NCBI GenBank assembly: GCA_963760795.1
Contig: CAVXEP010000017.1
Location: 12,686 to 76,685, forward strand
Direction: 5' to 3'
From: an uncultured delta proteobacterium
Lineage (GTDB): Bacteria; Desulfobacterota; Binatia; UBA9968
Length of the DNA stretch: 64,000 nucleotides
The notes under the pieces were generated by a model. The model was not told the origin of the DNA. It saw only the letters and a program-made list of their open reading frames with translations, and searched no databases. Positions 11,500 to 20,739 of this stretch are shown here, in pieces (within the stretch, counting starts at the first letter, position 1; each line of letters starts with the position of its first letter). A program made the translations under genes and the position numbers.

Positions 11500-12693
11500 T
11501 TACGGACAACAGTTCGACCCCGGCCCGCACACCGCAGCGGAAATTTGCGTGACCTTGTACTCCAGCCCCTTGGTCTCCCGTGGATGGCGTTTGTGATCGC
11601 GCAAGCAGTCAAACACGCCGGCGTTTTCCAACGCCACCTGTGTCCGTGGCGGCACCAGAATAAACTGTCCGGCATAAGGCGACTGGGAATAAAGTTTGAA
11701 AGTCTTGTCGCACACCGCCATGCGCGCGCCGCGCTCCAGCGTATGACCGTCGTCGTCGACCACTTGTTTCCACGGGCCGCGGTAAATCACCGCATGATTG
11801 CGCTCGATGCACGGGCCCTCTTTACCTTTGTACGCCGTCACGGTAACGGCGCGAAACTCGATGCCCTCGACGGTCTGGTACGCTTCCGTGCGCAATTCTT
11901 CGATCTGAATGCCATGAAACTTGGCGTCCTCGAAGGCGCGCAAGAAGTCCTCCTCTTGAAACGCACCCGACACACAGGCGCTCCACAGAGCGGGATCATT
12001 GGCTAAATGCTCGGGCACCGCCTCGTCGCTGACGATATCGGAGATCGCAATCCGCCCGCCGCGCTTGAGCACGCGGTACATCTCGGCGAATAATTGTTTC
12101 TTGTCCTCGGGCCGGACGAGATTGAGCACGCAGTTGGACACGATCACGTCGATGGACTCATCGGCGATGAGTGGCTGTTCCTGGCGCACCTTCGCTTGGT
12201 AATCTTGCAGGTTGGCCAGATCGGCCACGGAGCGAACCGGATTAGCTTGTAGATAGCCATCGACTAAATCGACATCGGTTTGCAAGTCTTGAATCTTGCC
12301 GCGGCGAAACTCGACGTTGTTAAAGCCCAGTTTTTCGCCGATGGATTTCTGGTACTTGCGCGCCAACTCCAACATCGGCGGATTGAAATCGACGCCGATG
12401 ACTTTGCCATTGGCGCCGACAATTTGGCAAATAATGTAGCAGGCCTTGCCGCTGCCCGAACCGAGATCGAGGACCGTCTCTCCGGGATGAATGAAACGCG
12501 ACGGGTCGCCGCAGCCGTAGTCCTTTTCGATAATTTCGTCCGGGATGACTTTGAGTAAAGCCTTGTCGTAACTAACCGGCAGGCAGAGACAAGCTTCGAC
12601 TTCCTCGGCGGCGTTGCCATAGCGCTGCAACACAGCCGCTTCCAAGTCAGTAGGTCCATTACTAACGCCGCGGTTGACAATCTCCGAATCCAT
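11500..12693 (-). CDS. arsM: ArsM-like SAM-dependent methyltransferase with Cys-rich C-terminal tail
   Basis: 397-aa intact ORF. Motifs: LQRYGNAAEE, DYGCGDP, SAM motif I VLDLGSGSGK. The C-terminus reads ...AAVCGPGSNCCP. It lies directly upstream of arsS. Confidence 0.75.
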   Translation of the reverse strand: MDSEIVNRGVSNGPTDLEAAVLQRYGNAAEEVEACLCLPVSYDKALLKVIPDEIIEKDYGCGDPSRFIHPGETVLDLGSGSGKACYIICQIVGANGKVIGVDFNPPMLELARKYQKSIGEKLGFNNVEFRRGKIQDLQTDVDLVDGYLQANPVRSVADLANLQDYQAKVRQEQPLIADESIDVIVSNCVLNLVRPEDKKQLFAEMYRVLKRGGRIAISDIVSDEAVPEHLANDPALWSACVSGAFQEEDFLRAFEDAKFHGIQIEELRTEAYQTVEGIEFRAVTVTAYKGKEGPCIERNHAVIYRGPWKQVVDDDGHTLERGARMAVCDKTFKLYSQSPYAGQFILVPPRTQVALENAGVFDCLRDHKRHPRETKGLEYKVTQISAAVCGPGSNCCP

Positions 12694-12862
12694 AACCCCT
12701 CCGACAATTGGCTGCGAACTTGATCGATGCCGAGAAAATCATCTTGATCGAATCGGCGCAAGCTAAAACCGCACACACCCAGCCAGCGCAATTGTTTAGA
12801 TGTCGTCACAACGACAGAAGTTGCCGAAAAGTTCCGTGGGGCTGGGCGGGGCGGACGTCTTG

Positions 12863-12890
12863 CCCCTCACTCCTTACCCCTCACCTTCTT
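12863..12890. repeat. second copy of the GTGAGGGG/GTAAGGAG unit array, just 3' of prfB
   Basis: Plus strand reads cccctcactccttacccctcaccttctt. Compare 8101-8141. Confidence 0.35.
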
Positions 12891-12894
12891 AAAC

Positions 12895-13999
12895 TTAAAC
12901 CGGCTCGTCCGCCATCAAAAGATAGGCTTCGATAAACTGATCGAGATCGCCGTCGAGCACCGAATCGGCGTTGCCGACCTCGACATTGGTGCGGTGGTCC
13001 TTGACCAGGCGGTAGGGCGCGAGCACATAGGAGCGGATCTGGCTGCCCCAGGCGATGTCTTTCTTGGTCTTGTGATAGGACTCCATCTTTTCTTTTTGTT
13101 TTTTGACCTCGAGCTCGTAAAGCCGCGATTTGAGAATCTTCATCGCCATGGCGCGGTTTTTATGCTGCGAACGTTCGTTTTGACAGGCGACCACGATATT
13201 GGTCGGCAGATGGGTCAAGCGCACCGCCGAATCGGTTTTATTGACATGCTGGCCGCCGGCGCCGCTGGAGCGGTAGGTATCGACGCGCAGATCGTCGTCA
13301 TTAATTTCGATTTTAATATCGTCGTCGACCTCGGGATAAACGAAGACCGATGCGAACGATGTATGGCGGCGCGAGTTGGCATCGAAGGGAGAGATCCGCA
13401 CCAAGCGGTGAATTCCGGCTTCGGCTTTGAGATATCCGTAAGCATAGTCGCCGGTAACGCTGAACGTAACGCTTTTGACCCCCGCTTCCTCGCCCGGCTG
13501 ATAATCGAGTATCTCTTTGCGATAACCGCGCCGGTCGCACCAGCGCAGATACATGCGCAGGAGAATCTCGGCCCAGTCCTGCGCCTCGGTGCCGCCGGCG
13601 CCGGGATGAAGCGTAATCAGAGCGTTACGCCGGTCGTCGGGCTCGCCGAGAAGCTGAGCAAGCTCGGTCTGGGCCATCTCCTTGGTGATCGCTGTGACTT
13701 TGCCGGCGGCTTCGCCGAGCGCGTCTTCGCTTTTCTCGTCTCTAGCGACGTCGAGAAAAAACCGTGCCTCTTCAAGATCGGCTTGATGTTTTTCCCAACT
13801 CGAGAGAATCGCTTTGAGAGCGGACTGTTCTTTGAGAACGGTTTGGGCTTTGTCGGCGTCGTTCCAGAAATCCGGCTGGGCGGTGATTTGGCTCAGCTCT
13901 TCGACGCGCTTCTGCTTGCTGTCGACGTCAAAGCCGCCTCCGCAGCTGCTCAAGACGCCCTTCGAGATGGGTAAGTTGTTCTGTGGTATCTTCGATCAT
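12895..13999 (-). CDS. prfB: peptide chain release factor 2, expressed through a programmed +1 frameshift
   Basis: The main ORF 12895-13953 contains SPF and GGQ (SGAGGQHVNKTDSAVRLTH). My translation of the upstream frame from ATG 13999 gives MIEDTTEQLTHLEGRLEQLRRRL, then TGA at 13928-13930. The +1 frame continues DVDSKQKRVEEL. Confidence 0.93.
13927..13942 (-). promoter_or_regulatory. prfB autoregulatory +1 frameshift site (internal SD plus CUU UGA C)
   Basis: Minus strand reads cGGAGGcgg CTT TGA C. A GGAGG lies 3 nt before the CUU slippery codon, followed by an in-frame UGA with C after it, as in the classical RF2 site. Confidence 0.85.
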
Positions 14000-14042
14000 T
14001 GGATCTTTCTTCCGACTGGGACCTGACCTGCAACTGTCAGTA

Positions 14043-14501
14043 TTATAGCTTCAATAGCCCGCGGTCACAAAGGTGGGCGTAAAGTTTCCGCTCATAAGCG
14101 AACATGATCTGCGCCTGGCGCGGCGATTTTTCATGATCGTAGCCGAGCAGGTGCAGGATACCGTGAATCAGCAGGGTCCCTATCTCGCTTTTGAGGGACT
14201 TGCCCTGCGCTTTGGCTTGGCGTCGCGCCTGTTCCACGGAGATCACCACGTCGCCCAAAATTTTTGCGCCCAACATGGGTTGGTCTTCGACGATGAAGGA
14301 CAAGACATCGGTGGTTTGCTTTTTTTTGCGATACTTGGCGTTGAGCGGACGCATTTCGCGGTCGCCCACCAGGGCGATACTAAGCTCGGCGTGGTTTTGT
14401 TTGAGGGCTCGAAGGAGAGTCTCCGCGGTCCTACGCAGTGCCGCGGTCGGATACTTGGTCCCCGCGCCCAACCGAGTGATCTCAACAGCCATTCTAATCA
14501 A
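14043..14501 (-). CDS. ybeY: rRNA maturation endoribonuclease YbeY
   Basis: 152-aa ORF with the metal-binding motif HGILHLLGYDHE. The start may instead be the internal ATG 9 nt downstream. Confidence 0.88.
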   Translation of the reverse strand: MIRMAVEITRLGAGTKYPTAALRRTAETLLRALKQNHAELSIALVGDREMRPLNAKYRKKKQTTDVLSFIVEDQPMLGAKILGDVVISVEQARRQAKAQGKSLKSEIGTLLIHGILHLLGYDHEKSPRQAQIMFAYERKLYAHLCDRGLLKL

Positions 14502-14517
14502 ATTACCAGCTGCATTC

Positions 14518-14545
14518 TGTCATTTCGAGCGCAGCGAGAAATCTC
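14518..14545. repeat. short dispersed repeat (GTCATTTCGAGCG..GAGAAATCT core)
   Basis: gtcatttcgagcgcagcgagaaatctctcc here matches gtcatttcgaccgaagggagaaatctttcc at 39911, about 26 of 30 positions by eye. Confidence 0.5.
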
Positions 14546-14594
14546 TCCCCCACCGCGCAGATAAGCCAGAAGCAAGTTAATCCATGACCTCGGC

Positions 14595-15674
14595 TTAACG
14601 GGTGTTGAAAACTTGCTGATAGGAAGCGATTAGCTCGGTCAAATTAGCGCCGAGATAGGCTGGATTGACGAAGACGAAATCTTTTTTGTAAAGTTCCTGA
14701 TGGCGGGGAATCTGTTTGACGCCCCTGCGCAAGGTAATCCGCGGCACTTGCTGCGCTAACACGGTCTGGCCTTCTTCGGAAAGCATCCAGTCGATGAACA
14801 GCATCGAGGCATGCGGATGGGCCGCCCGGCGCATCAAGGCCAAGCTGTTGGGCTCAGCGGGATAGGGGTCCAGTAAGCGATAGTCCACCGGCGCGCCTTT
14901 TTCTTTGTACTCTGTCGCGCGCCGTCCCCGCGCCGCGATCACCATCGAGGATTCGCCGGCGAGCATCAACTGCAAGCGCATGATGCTGCTGCCGCCGGGA
15001 ATATGCAGCTGCTGGCGTGCCAGGGCGCGCATAAAATCCATCCCTTTCGCCTTGCCCATGCCGTCGAGCAGGACCGAATACCAGGCGTATTCGTCGCTGC
15101 CAAAATTCATCTTGCCGCGCCATTTGGGATTTAACAGATCCTGATAACTCTTGGGCGCGTCGTCGGGAGCGACCAATTTAGTATTCAAAGCGAGCACGAT
15201 GGGCGTGACTTCCGTCGACGACCAGTAACCCTGCGGGTCGAAGGAACCGGCGGGGAACGCTATCAGCTCAGGCGAAAGATAGGGCGCGGAGAAATTGCGC
15301 TGCTTGAGTTCCCACATCTCCACCGGCGCCGACGCGACCAGATCGACGGCATAGTGCCCGGCCCGCGCTTCGGTCTCGATCTTCGGCATGATCGAAGATT
15401 GCGACAAGCGATTGGTTTTGATCTTGACGTAAGGATAACTCTTCTCGAAAGCGCCGACGATCTTGGGGAAGTCGGTCAAGCTCATCGAGGTGTACCAAAC
15501 CGCCTCGCCTTCCTTGCGCGCGCCCTCCTCAAGCAAGCGCTTGCGCTGCGGCGCGCTTAGGTTGCGCAGATTCTTGACAGCCTCGTCGGCCGTCGCCGCA
15601 AGCAAAGGCTTGGGCCACTCGACCCAGCCAAAGGTCGCGGAATAGAAGAAAAAACAAAAAATGAGTCGCAGCAT
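14595..15674 (-). CDS. periplasmic solute-binding protein, extracellular SBP family 1 (FbpA/PotD-like); ligand unknown
   Basis: Track ORF 14595-15788 trimmed to MLRLIFCFFFYSATFGW (signal-like). Paralog motifs shared with 21978, 33633 and 54340: EGEAVWYTS, NPKWRGKM, HPHASMLFIDWMLSEEGQ. Confidence 0.75.
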   Translation of the reverse strand: MLRLIFCFFFYSATFGWVEWPKPLLAATADEAVKNLRNLSAPQRKRLLEEGARKEGEAVWYTSMSLTDFPKIVGAFEKSYPYVKIKTNRLSQSSIMPKIETEARAGHYAVDLVASAPVEMWELKQRNFSAPYLSPELIAFPAGSFDPQGYWSSTEVTPIVLALNTKLVAPDDAPKSYQDLLNPKWRGKMNFGSDEYAWYSVLLDGMGKAKGMDFMRALARQQLHIPGGSSIMRLQLMLAGESSMVIAARGRRATEYKEKGAPVDYRLLDPYPAEPNSLALMRRAAHPHASMLFIDWMLSEEGQTVLAQQVPRITLRRGVKQIPRHQELYKKDFVFVNPAYLGANLTELIASYQQVFNTR

Positions 15675-15838
15675 GATGGTTTCCGCCGATCTCGAGTAAG
15701 TTTCATCTAACATCGGCCGGGTCAAAGGATCAAGGTGGGCGGTTGGCGGGCGGTTCCAACGCCGCGGGAAGTGACGATAAATTGACATGCGAGAGTCGAT
15801 TTGCTAACTAGGTTGGAAGCTGAATCTAGGAGGAATAG

Positions 15839-16111
15839 ATGACCTACATTATTGCTGAACCCTGCATCGGGACCAAAGACACTGCCTGCGTCGATGTCTG
15901 CCCGGTTGATTGTATTCACCCGACCAAGAACGAGACCGAAGAATTCGAGAAAGAAACTAAGCTCTATATCGATCCCGAGGAGTGCATCGATTGCGGCGCT
16001 TGCGAGCCGGTCTGTCCGGTAGAAGCGATCTTTGAGGAAGCGGCGGTTCCAGACAAGTGGAAACAGTTTATTCAAATCGACGCTGACTGGTTTAAAGCTA
16101 AAAAAGCCTAA
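15839..16111 (+). CDS. ferredoxin (7Fe-type, 3Fe-4S plus 4Fe-4S)
   Basis: 90-aa ORF with an AGGAGG RBS. Cys patterns: [17 protein letters not shown] and [12 protein letters not shown]. Confidence 0.85.
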   Translation: MTYIIAEPCIGTKDTACVDVCPVDCIHPTKNETEEFEKETKLYIDPEECIDCGACEPVCPVEAIFEEAAVPDKWKQFIQIDADWFKAKKA

Positions 16112-16142
16112 CCTCTAACCACCTGCTGCGTGCCGTTTTACC

Positions 16143-16180
16143 AAGGGCTGAGAAGAGTTTCTCGGCCCTTCATTTTCTCT
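16143..16180 (+). terminator. rho-independent terminator candidate after the ferredoxin gene
   Basis: 12-bp stem aagggctgagaa / ttctcggccctt (one G-U pair) with a 4-nt loop, followed by cattttctct (weak U tract). Confidence 0.5.
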
Positions 16181-16257
16181 ACCGCTGAATTTACTTTCCC
16201 CGCCGCCTTGACTCCGCTTCAAGCTCTGTTGTAGGCAGAGCATCTAAGGAGAACTGC

Positions 16258-17326
16258 ATGGTCCTCGTCCTAAAAAACCATCAGATGGAAAACTTGCTGC
16301 CGATGGCCGAAGAAATCGATGCCATCGAGCTCGCATTTCGCGAGTTGGGCCAGGGCAAGGCGATGCTCGCGCCGCGCGCCCGGCTGCGCACACCTTGGAA
16401 AGAGGAAGGCGGCCAGTATTATTTTAACAACATCATGGGGCTGGTGCCCGGCATGAAGTCGATGGCGCTGCGCATCGACTCGAGCTTTTCCAAGGAAATC
16501 CAGGTCGACGGCAGCAAGCGGCGCGTCTATCCTGGCGATTTCATTGGCCTGGTCATGCTCTTCGACATGGACACCTGCAATATCTTGGCGATCATGGACG
16601 ATCACTACATCTCGGCCATGCGCGTCGGCGCCACCAGCGCGGTGGCGAGCAATTACCTGGCGCGCAAAGACGCCAGCGTCATGGCCCTACTCGGCTCCGG
16701 CGAACAGGCCAAGACCCAGGTCACCGCCCATGCCTGCGTGCGCAAACTAACCAAGGTCAAAGTCTACAGCCCGACCAAGGCGAACCGGGAGAAATTCGCC
16801 AAGGAGGTGAGCGCGGAAACCGGCATCGAGGTCGTGCCGATGAATTCCGCCGAAGAAGCGGTCCGCGGCAGCGACATCGTCACCGCGGCGACCAACACCG
16901 TCGATCCGGTGATCTTGGGCAAGTGGATCGAGCCCGGTATGCATCTCAACAGCATCGTCGGCGGCGACGGCTTCCTGCCGAGAAAAGAGCTGGACGACGA
17001 GGCGGTGTTGAAAGCGAATCTAATCGTCGTCGGCTACAAAGCGCAGATCTTTCTCGACAAGCAAGCCGAGTTTCACGACCGCCTGGAGCGCGGCCTGGTC
17101 AAAGCCGAAGATCTCCATGAGCTGGGCGAGCTGGTCAACGGCAATTGCCGCGGCCGCCAGAGCGAGCAAGAAATCACTTTTTTCAAGAACAACACCGGCA
17201 TGGGCATTCAGTTCGCCGTCACCGCGCAGAAAGATGTACGACAAAGCCAGAGAAAAAGGCATCGGCACCGAATTGCCGCTTGAACTGTTCATGACCCAGC
17301 GTGGCGACAAACTGTTTTCACCGTAA
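16258..17326 (+). CDS. ornithine cyclodeaminase / mu-crystallin family protein, one frame break near the 3' end
   Basis: Track ORF 16258-17283 plus the tail of ORF 17117-17326. Rossmann ALLGSGEQAKTQ. The family-typical C-terminus YDKAREKGIGTELPLELF appears only after a frame change near 17225-17240. An AAGGAGA RBS is present. Confidence 0.75.
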
Positions 17327-17385
17327 AGAGTCCGCGCAAGGCGTAAATAGTTAGGAGTTAGGAGTCCTCCTGCACCCATTTCGAC

Positions 17386-17441
17386 GGTTTGAACGGAGCG
17401 TAGCGATTGAACGGAGCGAAGCGGTTGAACGGCTTGAACGA
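17386..17441. repeat. direct tandem repeat with TTGAACGG core (19, 18, 11 and 8-nt units)
   Basis: ggtttgaacggagcgtagc / gattgaacggagcgaagc / ggttgaacggc / ttgaacga. It lies about 75 nt upstream of the isochorismatase-family start codon. Confidence 0.7.
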
Positions 17442-17517
17442 AAACGTCCAGACCGACACCGACTCCAGTGAAAATCAGCAACTCACTCAATAATCGAATT
17501 CGACAGGAGTAATTATT

Positions 17518-18225
17518 ATGCGCGACTGGGAAGCGTTCATACCTGAAACAGAAAGAGAAATTTACGAGAAGGCCGGCTACAAAGGCAAAGAAAAGTTCGG
17601 CGCTAATCCGGCGTTGATTATCATCGACGTCATTACCGGCTTCACCGGCACCAAACCCATGCCGGTGATGGAGGCGATCGACGAGTTTCCCACCAGCTGC
17701 GGCCAGGTGGCCTGGGACGCGCTGCCCAGGATTAAAGAGCTGCTCCACGCCTGCCGCGACGCCGAGATTCCGGTGATCTATTCCACCAGCGATCCCGATT
17801 TCAAAGCCGCCTTCGGCAACGCCACCAAACGCGGCGTCGACAAGACCGATTTCGAAAAACTCGCCGTCGAGTTTCCCGACATGATCAAACCGCGCGACAA
17901 CGAATTCATCGTGCGCAAGGCCCGCGCCAGCGCCTTCTTCGGCACCCACTTGATTACTTATCTGGTCCGCAAAAACATCGACAGCCTGCTGATCGCCGGC
18001 ACCAGCACCTGCGGCTGTGTGCGCGGCACGGTTCTCGACGGCTACTCCTACGGCTACCCAGTTTTCCCGGTCGAGGAATGCATCTTCGACCGCTCGCGCA
18101 CTTCGCACTTGGTCAATCTCTTCGAGATGAACGCCAAGTACGCCTCGGTGATCCAGCTCTCGGAAGCATTAGACTATGTGAGTAAGATCAAACGAATGGA
18201 AGGCAGAAAAGCTGTAGCAATTTAA
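17518..18225 (+). CDS. isochorismatase-family cysteine hydrolase
   Basis: 235-aa ORF. Motifs: ALIIIDVITGF and LLIAGTSTCGCVRGTVLDG (catalytic Cys context). Confidence 0.8.
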   Translation: MRDWEAFIPETEREIYEKAGYKGKEKFGANPALIIIDVITGFTGTKPMPVMEAIDEFPTSCGQVAWDALPRIKELLHACRDAEIPVIYSTSDPDFKAAFGNATKRGVDKTDFEKLAVEFPDMIKPRDNEFIVRKARASAFFGTHLITYLVRKNIDSLLIAGTSTCGCVRGTVLDGYSYGYPVFPVEECIFDRSRTSHLVNLFEMNAKYASVIQLSEALDYVSKIKRMEGRKAVAI

Positions 18226-18226
18226 C

Positions 18227-18283
18227 GGGAGGGAGGGCGGACATTCCTGTCCGCCTGGCGGGTTGGAAAACCCGCCCTCCTAT
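18227..18283. repeat. double-hairpin repeat element, copy 1
   Basis: Contains ggcggaca-ttcc-tgtccgcc and ggcgggtt-ggaa-aacccgcc inside an outer gaggg...ccctc pairing. A near-identical copy in the same orientation lies at 23042-23090. Confidence 0.75.
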
Positions 18284-18333
18284 AGAACCAAATGCGCGCC
18301 TAAGTTTCATACAATTGATGAGGAGCTTTGCCC

Positions 18334-19471
18334 ATGGCAACCGAATCCCCGTTCGTGGATCAAGAATATTTCGACCGCCATGCGCGCGCCCAGGCGCTCA
18401 TGCAGCGCGACGGTCTCGACGCGCTAGTCGTCTCGGAAAAAAATAACTACTGGTACTTCAGCGGCCTGATCAGCTACCAGCTTCGACCACATCCAGCGAC
18501 CACAGATCTGCATCCTGCCCAAGACCGGCAAGCCGCTCCTGCTGGTTTACGGCAACGACAAAGCCAAGGCCAAAGCGCTGCCCTGGGTCGGCGAAGTGCG
18601 CTCTTACACCGACGTGCCTTTTCCCCAGGAAATGATCGCCGCCAGCATCAAGGAAATGGGGCTGGGCGAAAGCAAACTCGGATTCGAGCTCGGCGACGAT
18701 CAGCGCTTGGGTATACCGGTGAACTATCTATCCGGTCTCACCGAAGCTCTACCGAAAGCGCAAGTCAAAGACGGCACTGCCGCATTGAACGAGATGCGCA
18801 TCATCAAGAGCCCGCGGGAAATCGACTTCCTGCGCAAGGCTTGCGAGATTTCCGTCAAAGCCTACGACCGCTGCCTGCCGCAGCTAAAGCCCGGCATGAC
18901 CCGCCGCGAAGTCGCCGACCGGCTCTATATTTCGATGATCCAGGAAGGCGCCCATCCGCGCCATCCGGGATTCTTAATGTTAAATTCGTCGACCCGCTAC
19001 GACGACCGGCGCTACGAAAAGGGCGATCGTATGATCGCCGATTTCGGCGCCTGCTACGAAGGTTACTACGGCGATATCACGCGCATGGCGATCTTCGGCG
19101 AACCGACCGCTGAACATAAGAAAGATCACGAGACCGCCTGCGACGTAATTCAGCTCTGCTTCGAGTCCATGAAAGTCGGCACGCCGCTGGCAGAAGTCTC
19201 CCGCGTCGCCAACCGCGAATTGATCAGGCGCGGCTACCAAGCCGTCGACAGCCCCAAGCGCATCGGCCACGGCATCGGCATGTCGCGAGCGGAACCGCCG
19301 TCATTGAATGAAGTCGAGACCGAGACCTACCGTCCCGGCATGGTGCTCGCACTGGAACCGAAAGTGCGCTCGGAAAAGAGCGCTGTCCATCTCGAAGAAG
19401 ATGTTCTGATCACCGACAAGGGACAGGAGTTTTTGACCAGCGGTTGCCGAAGATTGGATGTAATCAATTAA
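18334..19471 (+). CDS. M24-family metallohydrolase (creatinase / Xaa-Pro peptidase / ectoine-hydrolase-like), one frame break
   Basis: Track ORFs 18328-19113 (only its first ~50 aa are meaningful) and 18596-19471. Creatinase_N-like LDALVVSEKNNYWYFSG, then FDHIQRPQICILPKTGKPLLLVYG in the next frame. The M24 core reads DFGACYEGYYGDITR...GHGIGM...LEPKV...EEDVLIT. The frame change lies near 18478-18482. GAGGAG RBS, ATG 18334. Confidence 0.78.
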
Positions 19472-19637
19472 CTTACCGTTGGAGACAGCCGGTCTGAATT
19501 CTTACGTCCTCTCCCACTGGAAGGGACAGAGGTGAAGGCTCTGTCGCAGCAAACCAGAACCCTCACCCTAACCCTCCCAAAGGCGCTGGGTAATATCTTT
19601 GCGCACCGCGATAATGAGCAATCATACGGGGCCATCC

Positions 19638-20634
19638 ATGGATCAAAAAGGCATCCTCTACCTGTCGAATAACGACGTTAAAAAAGTCCTCGACCTCGGC
19701 CGGGCCATCGAGATCACCGAGCAGGCGCTGCGCGACCACAGCGAGGGGCGGGTCACCTGGTCGACGCCGGAAGATCTTCGCGATCAAACCGGAGCAAGGC
19801 TGGCAGTCCTGGGTTACCGGTTGCGCGTTGCAGACATCGCCGGTAGCCGGCTTTCGCATTCGTTCCATCAAAGCCGCCGGCGGCAGCCGGGATGTCTCGC
19901 GCCCGCCGCGCGGACCGAGACGAATGCTGATACTCAGCGATCTTGAAGGCGGCGAGATCCTCTCCTTCATGGATGAAGACTGGTGCCACGCCGTGCGCAC
20001 CGCGGCGGCGGCAACCGTCGCCATGCGGCTGCTCGCGCGCAAGGGCGCAAGCACGATGGCGATGCTCGGCGCCGGCGACACCGCTCGCGCCGCCGTGCCA
20101 GTAATGGCGCAAGCGTTCAACCTAAAAGAAATCCGCGTCACCTCGCGCACGCCCGAGTCGCGGCAAAACTACGCCAGGGAAATCAGCCAGGAATACGGAC
20201 TAAACATGGTCCCGGTGGAATCCACGGAAGCAGCGCTCAAAGGCGCGGACGTCGTGATCTCGGCAACCACCACATCGACGCCATTCGTGAAAGACAGCTG
20301 GCTCGGCGAAGGAATAACCGTTTATTCCATCGGTAAGAACCAGGAGGTGGACAGCGAAGTTTACAAAAACGCCGACAAGTTCATCGTCGACAGTTGGGTC
20401 CACTGCAAAAACAAGTCGGACATGCAGCGCATGCTCAAAGAAAATTATTTGAGCGAAAAGGATCTCTACGCCGAGCTGCCGGAGCTACTCTCCGGCAAAA
20501 AGCCAGGACGGCAATCCGATCAGGAACGGATCTTCATCCGCGCCATCGGCCTGGTCAATCAAGACATCGCCATGGCCGATCACATTTTTCGCAGCGCTCT
20601 GGAAAAAGGTATCGGCACCCGGCTGCCGTATTGA
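19638..20634 (+). CDS. ornithine cyclodeaminase / mu-crystallin family protein (second copy), one frame break
   Basis: Track ORFs 19599-19946 and 19828-20634. They join as MDQKGILYLSNNDVKKVL...WSTPED / FAIKPEQGW...AVRTAAAATVAMRLLA...MLGAGDTARA. The frame change lies near 19775-19782. The start could also be ATG 19614. Confidence 0.72.
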
Positions 20635-20739
20635 CGTTGCTCCGTTGATTCGGGCGACCCCGCTACCACACCAAGGCGTCATCAGCCAATAGGCAATACC
20701 AAGAAGTTTGGAATCACCATTTTCGGAGGGGAGAAGAGG

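Noticed and set aside
17020-18108. Long ORFs antisense to, or out of frame with, recognised genes. Examples: 17020-18108 (362 aa), 52793-54175 (460 aa), 58348-59688 (446 aa), 12994-13974 (326 aa), 7870-8796, 4280-5179, 25916-26743, 28193-29059, 38564-39448 and 33867-34586.
   Set aside because: They are Arg/Ala/Gly/His-rich and low in complexity, and I could recognise no family motifs. Each lies opposite or inside a gene with strong homology signatures. This is the usual stop-codon-poor shadow-frame effect in GC-rich DNA.
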